Shown here: piece by piece, positions 11,588 to 20,949 of the stretch
How the letters are laid out: each line of letters starts with the position of its first letter
How positions within the stretch are numbered: the stretch's first letter is position 1
Translations under genes and position numbers: made by a program
Notes under the pieces: model-generated
What the model was told of the DNA's origin: nothing
The model's database searches: none
The model's input: only the letters and a program-made list of their open reading frames with translations
DNA from: Flavobacteriales bacterium
GTDB taxonomy: Bacteria; Bacteroidota; Bacteroidia; Flavobacteriales_F; PHOS-HE28
DNA: 64,000 nt
Assembly (NCBI GenBank): GCA_041391785.1
Contig: JAWKNI010000007.1
Coordinates: 144,556-208,555, forward strand
Direction: 5' to 3'

Positions 11588-11701
11588 GAATGTCTTTCGA
11601 TGTATCCGGCACGTGCCGATGGGTGCAAAGATCGCCGCCCATGGCGACTCGTTCGTGTTGGTTCTGCCGTTAGGATGGGATCCCAACACAATTGGTTGCC
11701 T

Positions 11702-11737
11702 CACAAAAACGAAAAGAGCCCGGAATGCCGGACTCTT
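11702..11737 (-). terminator. Imperfect hairpin plus T-run downstream of the anti-sigma-like gene (possible attenuator ahead of adhesin 2).
   Basis: agagcccgg-aatg-ccggactct is a 9-bp stem with one mismatch. Minus-strand 3' flank is ttcgtttttg. Confidence 0.35.
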
Positions 11738-11758
11738 CTCGATCAATTCGTGATCGGC

Positions 11759-13012
11759 TCAGCGCAGCAGGCCGATCGTACCGTTGTATGATCCCCCGAG
11801 TTTTTCGCCGTCCTTCATTTCAACCATCCACATGTAGTCGCCAGTGGCACACATCTCGCCACGGTTGCCGATGCGCCCGTTCCACGGACGGGTGTGGTCG
11901 GAGGTCTCGTACACGAGCTGGCCGCTCTTCGCGTCGAAGATCGACAGGTGGAACTTGACCCCGAGGGTCTTCAAGGCCTCTGGGATGAACACATCCTCCA
12001 GACCATCTCCATTCGGGGAGAACGTGTCCTGCGCCAGAAGGTCATAATCATTATCGATCTTGATCTTCTGTTCGAACCGGTCCACGCAGCCGTTCTCATT
12101 CGTCACGGTCAGGGACACGGTGTAGGACCCTTTCTTCTTGAAGACATGGTCCGGATGGGCGATCGTTGAGGAAGTGCCATCCCCGAAGTCCCAGACGTGA
12201 TCGTGCCCGCCCTGGCTGCGGTTCTCGAAATGAACGGACGGGACCGTGTTGTCGTACTCCTGTTTCAAATGATTGAAGGCCGCATCGGGTGCTTCATGGA
12301 TCACGATCAGGTCAGAGGCGGGTTTGTTCTGGATATTGCCACCACCCATGGAGGAGTGGGACAGCATCACCTCGTACTTGCCGGCCTTGCTGAAGGTGTG
12401 CGAGGGCTTGGGCTTGTTCGAGAAACTGCCGTCACCGAAGTTCCAAAGGTGCATTCCGGTCCTGGGCATGTTCTCCACATCGAATTCGATGGTGGTACCG
12501 GGGCAACCTTCGGTGACACTGGGGCGGATCGAAACGGCCGTGCTCGCAGCCTCGGGTCCATCCGGACCGTCCGTGCCTGTGATCGCGGTCACCGCTACCG
12601 TCGAGGGCTTATCGTGCGACCCCTTCGATGGGGCCTTCGCCACGTCTTCATCGGCCGTGCTCATTCCCTCACCGGCATCCTTGGCCACCACCGGCTCTCC
12701 GTCCGCACTGCTGTCCAAGGCGCTAGGGGTCACAGACGCCGGCTCGATCTCCAGCTGTGGCGCCTGAATGACAGCGACCTCGCCACTGCCGACCGGGTCC
12801 GGCACCAACATCTGCAATGTGGTGGCAACGGCCAGGCCGCCTCCGAGCAGGAGGACGAATAGTGCCGCGGAAGAATGCCAGGAGGATCGCTTGTCCTCAT
12901 CCAGGCGTTTCTCCAACTGCGCCCAATCGGACGAGTTGTACGGCACCTCATACGGCTCCAAGGCCTCCTTCAACGACCGTTCAAATGCATCCTGACCCTT
13001 CATGTTCCTCAT
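11759..13012 (-). CDS. Single-pass membrane protein. 48-aa cytoplasmic N-terminus, TM helix, Ala/Pro/Ser-rich linker, two PKD domains, and a T9SS type-B C-terminal domain. Putative anti-sigma factor for the upstream ECF sigma.
   Basis: The start is 3 nt after the sigma-factor stop. AALFVLLLGGGLAVATTL is the TM helix. HLWNFGDGSFS and HVWDFGDGTSS are PKD motifs. The C-terminus FSPNGDGLEDVF...FHLSIFDAKSGQLVYETSD...WNG...GDYMWMVE is a type-B CTD. No ZAS motif. Confidence 0.7.
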   Translation of the reverse strand: MRNMKGQDAFERSLKEALEPYEVPYNSSDWAQLEKRLDEDKRSSWHSSAALFVLLLGGGLAVATTLQMLVPDPVGSGEVAVIQAPQLEIEPASVTPSALDSSADGEPVVAKDAGEGMSTADEDVAKAPSKGSHDKPSTVAVTAITGTDGPDGPEAASTAVSIRPSVTEGCPGTTIEFDVENMPRTGMHLWNFGDGSFSNKPKPSHTFSKAGKYEVMLSHSSMGGGNIQNKPASDLIVIHEAPDAAFNHLKQEYDNTVPSVHFENRSQGGHDHVWDFGDGTSSTIAHPDHVFKKKGSYTVSLTVTNENGCVDRFEQKIKIDNDYDLLAQDTFSPNGDGLEDVFIPEALKTLGVKFHLSIFDAKSGQLVYETSDHTRPWNGRIGNRGEMCATGDYMWMVEMKDGEKLGGSYNGTIGLLR

Positions 13013-13015
13013 CCA

Positions 13016-13615
13016 TTAGTGGAGCTTACGCTCCTGGGTAAGCAATTTCTTCAAGTTGTGCTTGGCCTTGGCAAGGTTGCTCTTCGATGTGCCGATGTTG
13101 ATCCCCAAAAGATCGGCGATCTCCTTGTGGGTCAACTCTTCGAATACGTAAAGGTTGAACACCGTCCTGTAGGCCGGTGTCAACTTCTGCATCGCATTGA
13201 TCACATCCGCAGGCTTCACCTCCCACTCCTGCTCCTGTTCCTCCTCCGCCAGGATATCCTCTTCATCCTGGTCGGCGAAATCCTCGATGCTCCGCTCTTC
13301 CCCCAACAGGAGATAGGAGTTCTTCGTTCGTCTGAAATGATCGATCGCCGTGTTCACCATGATCCGGCGTATCCATCCCTCGAAGGAACCGGCACGATTG
13401 AACTTATCCATGCTGCGGAAGACCTTGATGAATCCGTCCTGCAGGATATCCTTTGCCTGATCGGCATTCTTCGTGTACCGCAGGCACACGGCCATCATCT
13501 TGCCGTAGAACAATTCGTACACCCGCTGCTCATAGCGGCGATCACCGCGCAGACAACCATCGATCACCTCCGCGTAGGAACGCTCGGTGTTCTCCGTGTT
13601 GAGCCAGGACACCAT
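13016..13615 (-). CDS. RNA polymerase ECF-type sigma-70 factor (about 199 aa).
   Basis: Region 2 is ELFYGKMMAVCLRYTKNADQAKDILQDGFIKVFR. Region 4 is TPAYRTVFNLYVFEELTHKEIADLLGINIGTSKSNLAKAKHNLKKLL. ATG at 13615 chosen (MVSWLNTENTERS...). The track ORF extends to 13747 through poor sequence. Confidence 0.85.
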   Translation of the reverse strand: MVSWLNTENTERSYAEVIDGCLRGDRRYEQRVYELFYGKMMAVCLRYTKNADQAKDILQDGFIKVFRSMDKFNRAGSFEGWIRRIMVNTAIDHFRRTKNSYLLLGEERSIEDFADQDEEDILAEEEQEQEWEVKPADVINAMQKLTPAYRTVFNLYVFEELTHKEIADLLGINIGTSKSNLAKAKHNLKKLLTQERKLH

Positions 13616-13870
13616 CAGGCGTGGGCCGCTCTGCATATCGGTGGGTCTATCGACCGAACGAATGGACATGGATGACTGCAATGTAGCCATACTTGACGGT
13701 AAGACGCAAGATCCGGAAAAGGATGCCTGCCGCTTTCTACGTACCACTCCAGGGGACCTGCCAAGGTCGATCCCAAGGGCCAGCGGGATCGTTTACTTTC
13801 GTGCCGTCAAGTCGGTACATACGCGTACGGACAAGGATCTTCAACTCAATCCCTCAATCGTCAGTCAACT

Positions 13871-14812
13871 ATGAAAGTCACCGTGGTAGGGGCCGGAAAT
13901 GTCGGGGCGACATGTGCCGACGCCGTAGCCCGTTGGGAACTCGCCAATGAAGTGGTGCTGCTGGACATCAAGGAAGGTTTTGCGGAAGGCAAGGCCCTGG
14001 ATGTATGGCAGACGGCCCCGATCGCCCTCTTCGACAGCCGCATGACCGGCAGCACGAACGATTATTCCAAGACCGCCGGCAGTGACGTGGTGGTGATCAC
14101 CAGCGGTCTGCCCCGCAAACCGGGCATGAGCCGCGATGACTTGATCGCGACCAACGCGAACATCGTGAAGAGCGTAACGGAGAATGTGATCAAGCATTCT
14201 CCCGACTGCATCATCATCGTGGTGAGCAATCCACTGGACGTGATGACCTACTGTGCCTTTCTGAACAGCAAGTTCCCGGCTCAACGGGTATTCGGCATGG
14301 CCGGGATCCTGGACACCGCCCGGTACCGCGCTTTCCTGGCCACGGAGTTGGGGGTCAGTCCGAAGGATATCCAGGCGGTGCTGATGGGCGGGCACGGTGA
14401 TACCATGGTGCCGTTGCCTCGTTATACCACGGTAGGGGGCATTCCGGTAACTGAACTGATCGACAAGGAAAAATTGGATGCCATTGTGGAGCGGACCAAG
14501 AAGGGTGGCGGCGAGATCGTGAATCTGCTCGGTACATCCGCATGGTATGCTCCCGGCACCGCAGCCGCGCAAATGGTCGAGGCCATTGTACGTGATCAGA
14601 AGCGGGTCTTCCCCGTGTGCGCCTGGTTGCAGGGGGAATACGGACTGAATGACGTGTACCTGGGAGTGCCGGTGATCCTGGGGCGCAACGGGATCGAGAA
14701 GATCATCGAGTTGAAGCTGACCAAGGAGGAGATGGAACTGACACACGCCAGTGCAAAGGCGGTGAAGGAGGTGATGGATGTACTGGACAACATGAACAGT
14801 GTGACCGCCTGA
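13871..14812 (+). CDS. mdh: Malate dehydrogenase (LDH-like MDH family).
   Basis: MKVTVVGAGNVGATCAD...GGHGDTMVPL. 313 aa. Bacteroidota-type Mdh. Confidence 0.9.
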   Translation: MKVTVVGAGNVGATCADAVARWELANEVVLLDIKEGFAEGKALDVWQTAPIALFDSRMTGSTNDYSKTAGSDVVVITSGLPRKPGMSRDDLIATNANIVKSVTENVIKHSPDCIIIVVSNPLDVMTYCAFLNSKFPAQRVFGMAGILDTARYRAFLATELGVSPKDIQAVLMGGHGDTMVPLPRYTTVGGIPVTELIDKEKLDAIVERTKKGGGEIVNLLGTSAWYAPGTAAAQMVEAIVRDQKRVFPVCAWLQGEYGLNDVYLGVPVILGRNGIEKIIELKLTKEEMELTHASAKAVKEVMDVLDNMNSVTA

Positions 14813-14826
14813 AACGGTCCGAACGA

Positions 14827-14864
14827 ATGAAGAAGGCGTCCCTCGGGACGCCTTCTTCATTTTC
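14827..14864. terminator. Bidirectional intrinsic terminator between the convergent mdh and FG-GAP genes.
   Basis: Perfect 15-bp stem tgaagaaggcgtccc/gggacgccttcttca, followed by ttttcc. Confidence 0.6.
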
Positions 14865-14938
14865 CGTCGGCCGGCTGGTCCCTTTGGAACGGACCCCGGT
14901 TCTATCCCACGGTCGATCACCGGATCCCATCGATCGGG

Positions 14939-17200
14939 TCAACGCACCACCACCAGGCGCTGTGGAACGGAGATCCCACCGCTTTCCCAACTCACGAAGT
15001 ATACCCCACTGTTCAGCCCCCGCACGTCCATTCGTGTCAGGGCGGAGTTCGCACGGGTCCGCATCAATTCCTGGCCAAGTCCGTTGCGGATCACCCATGT
15101 GCCTGGGGCTGATGGGCCGTTCAACACAAGCTCCACGGTGTTCGTGGCTGGGTTCGGGATGATGCTGAAGAGTATTCCGGAACCATCTCTGGCACCACCG
15201 ACGCTCAGCAGGTCATCACTGCTCCAGTAGGACAGGCCGCCGCGCAGATTCCCGAGCACCATGTCAGGCTTGCCATCCCCATTGAAATCGAACAGGCAGG
15301 GCGCGGTACGCTCCCCTTCACGCAGGTCCATGAAGGTGCTGTCCAACAAGGTCCAGGTCCCGGTGGGGTCCTCCTCGATGCTTCCATAGTGGTACAACCA
15401 TCCGGATTCAGAGCCAAGTAGCATTTCCCGGTCACCGTCCACATTCCGGAAGAGTGCGGGCACGGAGTGGCCGGTCACGTTCGGTGCGACCACGGTCAGC
15501 ACACCACCAAGATCCTCCGTGATCAAGGTCCAGGTCGGTGCACTGGCCGAACCGGTATTGCGGTAGTAGTTCAGGTTCCCGTTCCGCTCGCCAATGATCA
15601 GGTCCTGCAGGCCATCCTCGTCGAGATCGGTGAACAATGGAGTCGCGAACTGACCCACATCGATCGCATCCCCAGTGCCGTCAACCACGTTGGCCTGTGC
15701 CAGTTGGAATTGGGCCACGGGGCCTGTGCTGATGTTCCTGTAGAAATGTATGCGACCCAGCAGGTCGCCGATGTACATGTCCATATCCCCGTCACCATCC
15801 AGATCGCTGAAGGCAGGATAGAAGGATGATCCGATCCCGCTGGAGCTGAGACCCATGTAGTCATCCGTAACGAATTCGAAGGCTGGCGCCAGGGCGGTGC
15901 CCGTATTCCTGTAGTAGGCCATCCTTCCACTGTACTGGTCAGGAGGGACGAAATAGCCATAATTGGATACCAGCAGATCCATCCTGCCATCGCCATCGGC
16001 ATCAAAGGCCACCGGGTAGGCCCCTTCACCGTGTTCAAGCATACGGTCCTGAAAGAGGTTCTGCTGCACGAATTCGAAGTCCGGGGCGGCATCCGTACCA
16101 ACGTTCCTGTAATACCACATGCTCGCGGTGTTGTGGGCCAGCGAAGTGGCACTCGGGCTGCAGATCAGGTCCCGTCTCCCATCGTTATCCACATCCTCAT
16201 AGTAGGCTCCGGGGAAGATGGCCAGGTCCACCGATTGGTCATCGCTCGGGAAGTCGGTATCCACCGCGGTCATGAAGGCGAGGTCCACCGTGCCACCATT
16301 GTACAAGCCCACAAGGTTGTTGTACGCGATGTCACCGATCAATAGATCCTTGTCCAGGTCCCCATCCAGGTCAAGTGCAAGCACGGTGCTGCCCGCGTGC
16401 GCTTCCGCCTTGGCGATGGCTGCCGCGATCTCTTCGTCATTCGTACCCATTTCAGGTGCCGGTACATTCGGTGAACAAGGCGCGTTCAACTCCACCGTGT
16501 TGTTGTTGGCGTTCTCCACGAAGGAACCCCAGCACTTGTTCCGAAGCTCGAACTTGAGGCTGTCGCACGTGCCATACAACTCCATGCTCAGGTTCTTGTG
16601 GTACTCCATCAGTGAACCGACCAGGCTGAAGGTCAGCAGGTCGAGGTCGCCGTCGCCATCCACGTCCTCGATCGCAGGCAGGTCGACGGCCGAGACGTAC
16701 AGGTTCACCACCAACGAGGCACCACTCGGGGATACGTAGTTGGAGAAGGTGCGGAAGGGAGCCGCTTGTTCGAATGCGATCCCATCCGGTCCACTGGTGT
16801 TCTTGTATACGGTGAAACCCGCGCTGGTGTAAGCGAAGATGTCCTCCTTGCCATCGCAGTTGTAATCCCGGAAGAGCACCCAATCGTGCAACTCCTTGAA
16901 CGGGTGAACGTCATCGTACTCGCGTGAGATCCGATACGCCATGGGACCGCTCGCACCGTTGTTCAGGAGCGTAATGAAAGAATTGCCGGAGCGATCGAAC
17001 AGGAAGAGGTCCTTCAGGCCATCCCCGTTCAGGTCGATATCGCTCACTTGAACGAAGTTCGCTCCCCCGGCCCAGGCAAGGTCCAATGTCTGGCCCTGGC
17101 GGGTCACCGGAACGGACCCGTCGAAATAGAGGTTCCATTGGGCCTGCACGGCCACGGACTGGACCACAAGGAGCGCGAAGAGCAGTGGGTTCTTGGACAT
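14939..17200 (-). CDS. FG-GAP/VCBS repeat (integrin-alpha-like) secreted protein with a T9SS type-A C-terminal sorting domain.
   Basis: ATG at 17200: MSKNPLLFALLVVQSVAVQAQ is a signal peptide. Repeated FDxDGDGxxDL motifs are FG-GAP-like. The C-terminus SIIPNPATNTVELVL...GVYFVSWESGGISVPQRLVVVR is a Por_Secre_tail. Confidence 0.8.
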   Translation of the reverse strand: MSKNPLLFALLVVQSVAVQAQWNLYFDGSVPVTRQGQTLDLAWAGGANFVQVSDIDLNGDGLKDLFLFDRSGNSFITLLNNGASGPMAYRISREYDDVHPFKELHDWVLFRDYNCDGKEDIFAYTSAGFTVYKNTSGPDGIAFEQAAPFRTFSNYVSPSGASLVVNLYVSAVDLPAIEDVDGDGDLDLLTFSLVGSLMEYHKNLSMELYGTCDSLKFELRNKCWGSFVENANNNTVELNAPCSPNVPAPEMGTNDEEIAAAIAKAEAHAGSTVLALDLDGDLDKDLLIGDIAYNNLVGLYNGGTVDLAFMTAVDTDFPSDDQSVDLAIFPGAYYEDVDNDGRRDLICSPSATSLAHNTASMWYYRNVGTDAAPDFEFVQQNLFQDRMLEHGEGAYPVAFDADGDGRMDLLVSNYGYFVPPDQYSGRMAYYRNTGTALAPAFEFVTDDYMGLSSSGIGSSFYPAFSDLDGDGDMDMYIGDLLGRIHFYRNISTGPVAQFQLAQANVVDGTGDAIDVGQFATPLFTDLDEDGLQDLIIGERNGNLNYYRNTGSASAPTWTLITEDLGGVLTVVAPNVTGHSVPALFRNVDGDREMLLGSESGWLYHYGSIEEDPTGTWTLLDSTFMDLREGERTAPCLFDFNGDGKPDMVLGNLRGGLSYWSSDDLLSVGGARDGSGILFSIIPNPATNTVELVLNGPSAPGTWVIRNGLGQELMRTRANSALTRMDVRGLNSGVYFVSWESGGISVPQRLVVVR

Positions 17201-17361
17201 GATCGATCGATATTCCGGGCAAAGTTCGTCACTTTCACTTCCCTTCACCATCCATTCCAACGACCGTCCACGGGCGCCCAAGGTTGGGTGGTCCGGACAC
17301 CATGCTGACCAACTCCGGCAAGGGTTCTTCCGAAGGGCCCGCTGGCGATGGGCAACAACGC

Positions 17362-17369
17362 TATATTTG
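17362..17369 (+). promoter_or_regulatory. Bacteroidota sigma-A -7 box (TAnnTTTG) upstream of secDF.
   Basis: TATATTTG lies 24 nt upstream of the secDF ATG. Confidence 0.4.
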
Positions 17370-17392
17370 CCGCCTCTTAAACGAAAACGGTC

Positions 17393-20300
17393 ATGCAGAA
17401 TAGAGGCGCGCTATGGATCTTCACCATTCTTCTGGCGCTCGCGTGCTTGTGGCAATTGTCCTTCTCATTGTTCACATCGCGATTGGAGACCAAAGCCCGC
17501 GTGGAAGCCGGCTATTCGGTGGATTCATTGCAGGAGGCCAACCCCGCCACGGCCGACCTGGACCGGGATTCGCTGGAGCTGATCTACGAGAACCGTTACC
17601 TCAGGGCGCACAGCGAGGATGAGATCTATCCCGTATTCGGTTACAGTTATGCCGAGTGCAAGGCACGTGAGATGAACCTGGGCCTTGATCTCAAGGGCGG
17701 TATGGCGGTCACTTTGGAAGTGAGCGTACCGGAATTGGTGGTGAACCTGAGCGAGAACAGCAAGGATCCCGCTTTCGTGCAGGCCATCGCGAACGCACGT
17801 GAACGGCAGAAGGATGCCACCTCCGATTTCATCACGCTATTCGGTGAGGAATACGCGAAGATCCCCGGCCGCGGCCCGCTCTCGGCCATCTTCTACACAC
17901 CCGAGCGCAAGGACATGTTCGATCGGGAAGGTTCGGATGAGGACTACCTGGCAGCATTGCGGAAAGAAGCGGATGCCGCGTTGAACAACACCGAACGTAT
18001 CATGCGGACCCGTATCGACAAGTTCGGTGTCGCACAACCGGTGATCCAGAAGCAGAGCTTCACCGGAAGGATCCAGATCGAACTCCCTGGTGTGAAGGAC
18101 AAGGATCGTGTGCGCAAGGTGTTGCAGAGCACAGCGAATCTTGAGTTTTGGGAGACGGTGGACAATGAGACCGTATTCCCGGTGTTGCAACAGGTCAATG
18201 ACCGCTTGGGTGCCATGGCTTCGAATGACACCACCGTGGCCGCCGATGGAGGGTTCGGGCGCACCCTTTCCACCGGCGTTGAGGTGAAGGGTGCTTCCAC
18301 CGGCGTGGAGAGCAGTGTGATCGGATTCCTGGAGAGCAATGCCCCTGTGGACAAGACGACTTGGTTCAACTTCGACCGGGTGACGTTCGCCAGTGGCAGT
18401 GCGGATCTGGTGCCGGACAGTTCCGATGAGCAACTGTCCAACCTGGTGGAGATCCTGAAAGCCTACCCGGAGGTTCGCCTGAAGATCGGTGGCTACACCG
18501 ATAATACCGGGAATGATGCGGCCAACTTGAAGCTCTCTCAGGATCGTGCGGATGCTGTGCGCAATGCACTGGTCGCAAAAGGGGTCGCAGGTGACCGCCT
18601 TGAAGCAGAAGGGTACGGGTCGCAGCATCCGGTCGCGGACAATGCCACGGCTGAGGGCCGTGCGCAGAACCGCCGCATGGCGCTACGTGTGCTGGCCACC
18701 GGAGCCGATACCGCCACTGCCGTGACCGACTCTGCAGAGGTGGATACCACCAATGCCGAAATGACCGAAGCCGAGCGTGCCGAATTGCTGCGCAAGAACC
18801 CGTTGTTCGCATTGCTGCAGCCCACCAACCAGGCTAAAGGACCGGTCGTGGGCAGTGCACGTGTTGCCGATACGGCGCAGGTGAACACCATGCTCCGCTC
18901 GGCCACCATGCGGTCCTTGTTGCCTGCCGATACGCGCCTCGCCTGGAGTGCAAAACCACAGACATTCGACCTGCAGGATGGGGGCAAGGCACAGTTCCTC
19001 AGCCTGTATGCATTGAAGGTCCCGCGCGGTGGAAAGCCGCGACTGGACGGGAGTTCCATCGTGAATGCGAACCAGGATTTCGATGTGAAGGGCGAGGTCG
19101 AGGTGTCCATGCAAATGAACCCTGAAGGTGCCCAGACCTGGAAGCTGATGACCGGTGAGAACGTGGGACGACAGGTGGCCATCGTGCTGGATGACCTGGT
19201 GTACAGCGCGCCGGTCGTGCAGACCGAGATCGCGGGTGGGCGCTCCACCATCTCCATGGGTTCCGGTGACCTGAACAAGCAGATCCAGGAGGCGGATGAC
19301 CTTGCGAACATCCTGAAGGCAGGGGCCCTTCCTGCTCCGGCACGGATCATCGATGAGACCGTCGTTGGACCGTCCCTCGGCAAGGACAACGTGAACAAGG
19401 GGTTGATGTCCTTCGGCATCGCCCTCCTCATGGTGCTCATCTACATGGTTCTCTACTATGCCCGCGCTGGTTGGGTGGCCGATCTGGCCCTCATCGTGAA
19501 CCTGTTCGTGCTGGTGGGAGCCCTTGCCTCGTTGCAGGCGGCTCTTACGTTGCCGGGCATCGCAGGTATCGTGCTTACCATGGGTATGGCCGTGGATGCA
19601 AACGTGCTCATCTACGAACGCATTCGGGAGGAATTGCGCCATGGCAAGATGATCAAATCGGCTGTGGACCTCGGATACAAGGGCGCCATGTCGGCGATCA
19701 TCGACTCCAACGTGACGACCTTGATCATCGCTGTGATCCTGTTGATCTTCGGCTCCGGACCGGTGCAAGGCTTCGCCACCACCCTGGGGCTTGGTATCCT
19801 CACCTCCCTGTTCACAGCCCTCTTCCTTTCACGCATGATCATCACCGGTTTGCTGGAGAAGGGCAAGGACTTCAAGGTGTGGAACAACTGGAGCAAGAAC
19901 GTGTTCGTGGGAGCGAACTACGACTTCATGAGCAAGCGGAAGTATTTCTACGCCTTCAGCGGGGTGATCATCGCGGCGGGCATCTTCTCCATGGTCACGA
20001 ACGGCTTCAACTGGGGCGTGGATTTCAGCGGTGGCCGTACCTACGTGGTGAAGTTCACCGATGGTGTGGATGTCGAAAGCGTCCGTTCCGCGTTGGAACC
20101 CAATTTCGTGACGGATGAGGGTGTGCAGAGCACCGTGAACGTCAAGACCTATGGCAGCGACCGCCAGATGAAGGTGACCACCAACTTCCTCTCCACCGAG
20201 GGTGGGACCGAGGTGGATGCCGTTGTGGATGAACGCCTGAATACCGGCCTGGCCACCTTGGGCAACGATTACGAGATCACCGAATCCCGCAAGGTGGATC

Positions 20301-20848
20301 CGACCATCAGCGATGACATCAAGACCAATGCGGTCACCTCCTTGGTCATCGCCCTTGCGCTCATCTTCGTTTACATCGCCTTCCGGTTCCGTAACTGGCA
20401 GTTCGGTCTTGGTGGCCTGCTGAGCCTGGTGCACGATGCATTGATCGTACTCGGCCTGTACTCCCTGCTGTACAAGGTGATGCCGTTCTCCATGGAGATA
20501 GACGAAGCGTTCATCGCTGCGATCCTGACGGTGATCGGTTACTCCATCAACGATACCGTGGTCGTGTACGACCGTATCCGAGAGTACCTGGGAGATCACA
20601 AACGGGAGGCTTATTCGGTGGTGATCAACAAGGCCATCAACTCCACCCTGGGCCGTACAATGAACATCTCGTTGACCACCTTGTTGGTGCTCTTCGTGAT
20701 CTTCTTCTTCGGCGGTGTTTCCATCAAGGGCTTTGTCTTCGCATTGTTGGTCGGTATCGGCGTCGGTACCTATTCCTCCGTATTCGTTGCCAGCGCCATT
20801 GTTACGGACCTGTTGAAAGGCAAGGACCCCGCAAGGACGGGCCAATAG
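17393..20848 (+). CDS. secDF: Protein translocase subunit SecDF (fusion), 1151 aa, with an OmpA-like peptidoglycan-binding domain inserted in the SecD periplasmic P1 region.
   Basis: SecD motifs are present (RIDKFGVAQPVIQKQSFTGRIQIELPGV; TM bundle LIYMVLYYARAGWVADLALIVN...). The SecF part follows (FVGANYDFMSKRKYFYAFS...). Residues about 322-440 carry a classic OmpA C-terminal domain (VTFASGSADL...IGGYTDNTGNDAANLKLSQDRADAVRNALVAKGV...NRRMALRV). Confidence 0.9.
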   Translation: MQNRGALWIFTILLALACLWQLSFSLFTSRLETKARVEAGYSVDSLQEANPATADLDRDSLELIYENRYLRAHSEDEIYPVFGYSYAECKAREMNLGLDLKGGMAVTLEVSVPELVVNLSENSKDPAFVQAIANARERQKDATSDFITLFGEEYAKIPGRGPLSAIFYTPERKDMFDREGSDEDYLAALRKEADAALNNTERIMRTRIDKFGVAQPVIQKQSFTGRIQIELPGVKDKDRVRKVLQSTANLEFWETVDNETVFPVLQQVNDRLGAMASNDTTVAADGGFGRTLSTGVEVKGASTGVESSVIGFLESNAPVDKTTWFNFDRVTFASGSADLVPDSSDEQLSNLVEILKAYPEVRLKIGGYTDNTGNDAANLKLSQDRADAVRNALVAKGVAGDRLEAEGYGSQHPVADNATAEGRAQNRRMALRVLATGADTATAVTDSAEVDTTNAEMTEAERAELLRKNPLFALLQPTNQAKGPVVGSARVADTAQVNTMLRSATMRSLLPADTRLAWSAKPQTFDLQDGGKAQFLSLYALKVPRGGKPRLDGSSIVNANQDFDVKGEVEVSMQMNPEGAQTWKLMTGENVGRQVAIVLDDLVYSAPVVQTEIAGGRSTISMGSGDLNKQIQEADDLANILKAGALPAPARIIDETVVGPSLGKDNVNKGLMSFGIALLMVLIYMVLYYARAGWVADLALIVNLFVLVGALASLQAALTLPGIAGIVLTMGMAVDANVLIYERIREELRHGKMIKSAVDLGYKGAMSAIIDSNVTTLIIAVILLIFGSGPVQGFATTLGLGILTSLFTALFLSRMIITGLLEKGKDFKVWNNWSKNVFVGANYDFMSKRKYFYAFSGVIIAAGIFSMVTNGFNWGVDFSGGRTYVVKFTDGVDVESVRSALEPNFVTDEGVQSTVNVKTYGSDRQMKVTTNFLSTEGGTEVDAVVDERLNTGLATLGNDYEITESRKVDPTISDDIKTNAVTSLVIALALIFVYIAFRFRNWQFGLGGLLSLVHDALIVLGLYSLLYKVMPFSMEIDEAFIAAILTVIGYSINDTVVVYDRIREYLGDHKREAYSVVINKAINSTLGRTMNISLTTLLVLFVIFFFGGVSIKGFVFALLVGIGVGTYSSVFVASAIVTDLLKGKDPARTGQ

Positions 20849-20949
20849 GGCGCTCCATTTCATGATGCGCTTCCTCCCAGGACGGAGGGAGCGCGTCGTG
20901 CTTTCCGGCTCTCGGACACCGACCGTTGAGTGGATACCTTTGCAGCCCC

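Noticed and set aside
11588-11700. Putative -7 promoter box for adhesin 2 (gatcTTTG on the minus strand, about 40 nt before the ATG)
   Set aside because: The first two positions do not match TAnnTTTG. It is too weak to call as a feature.
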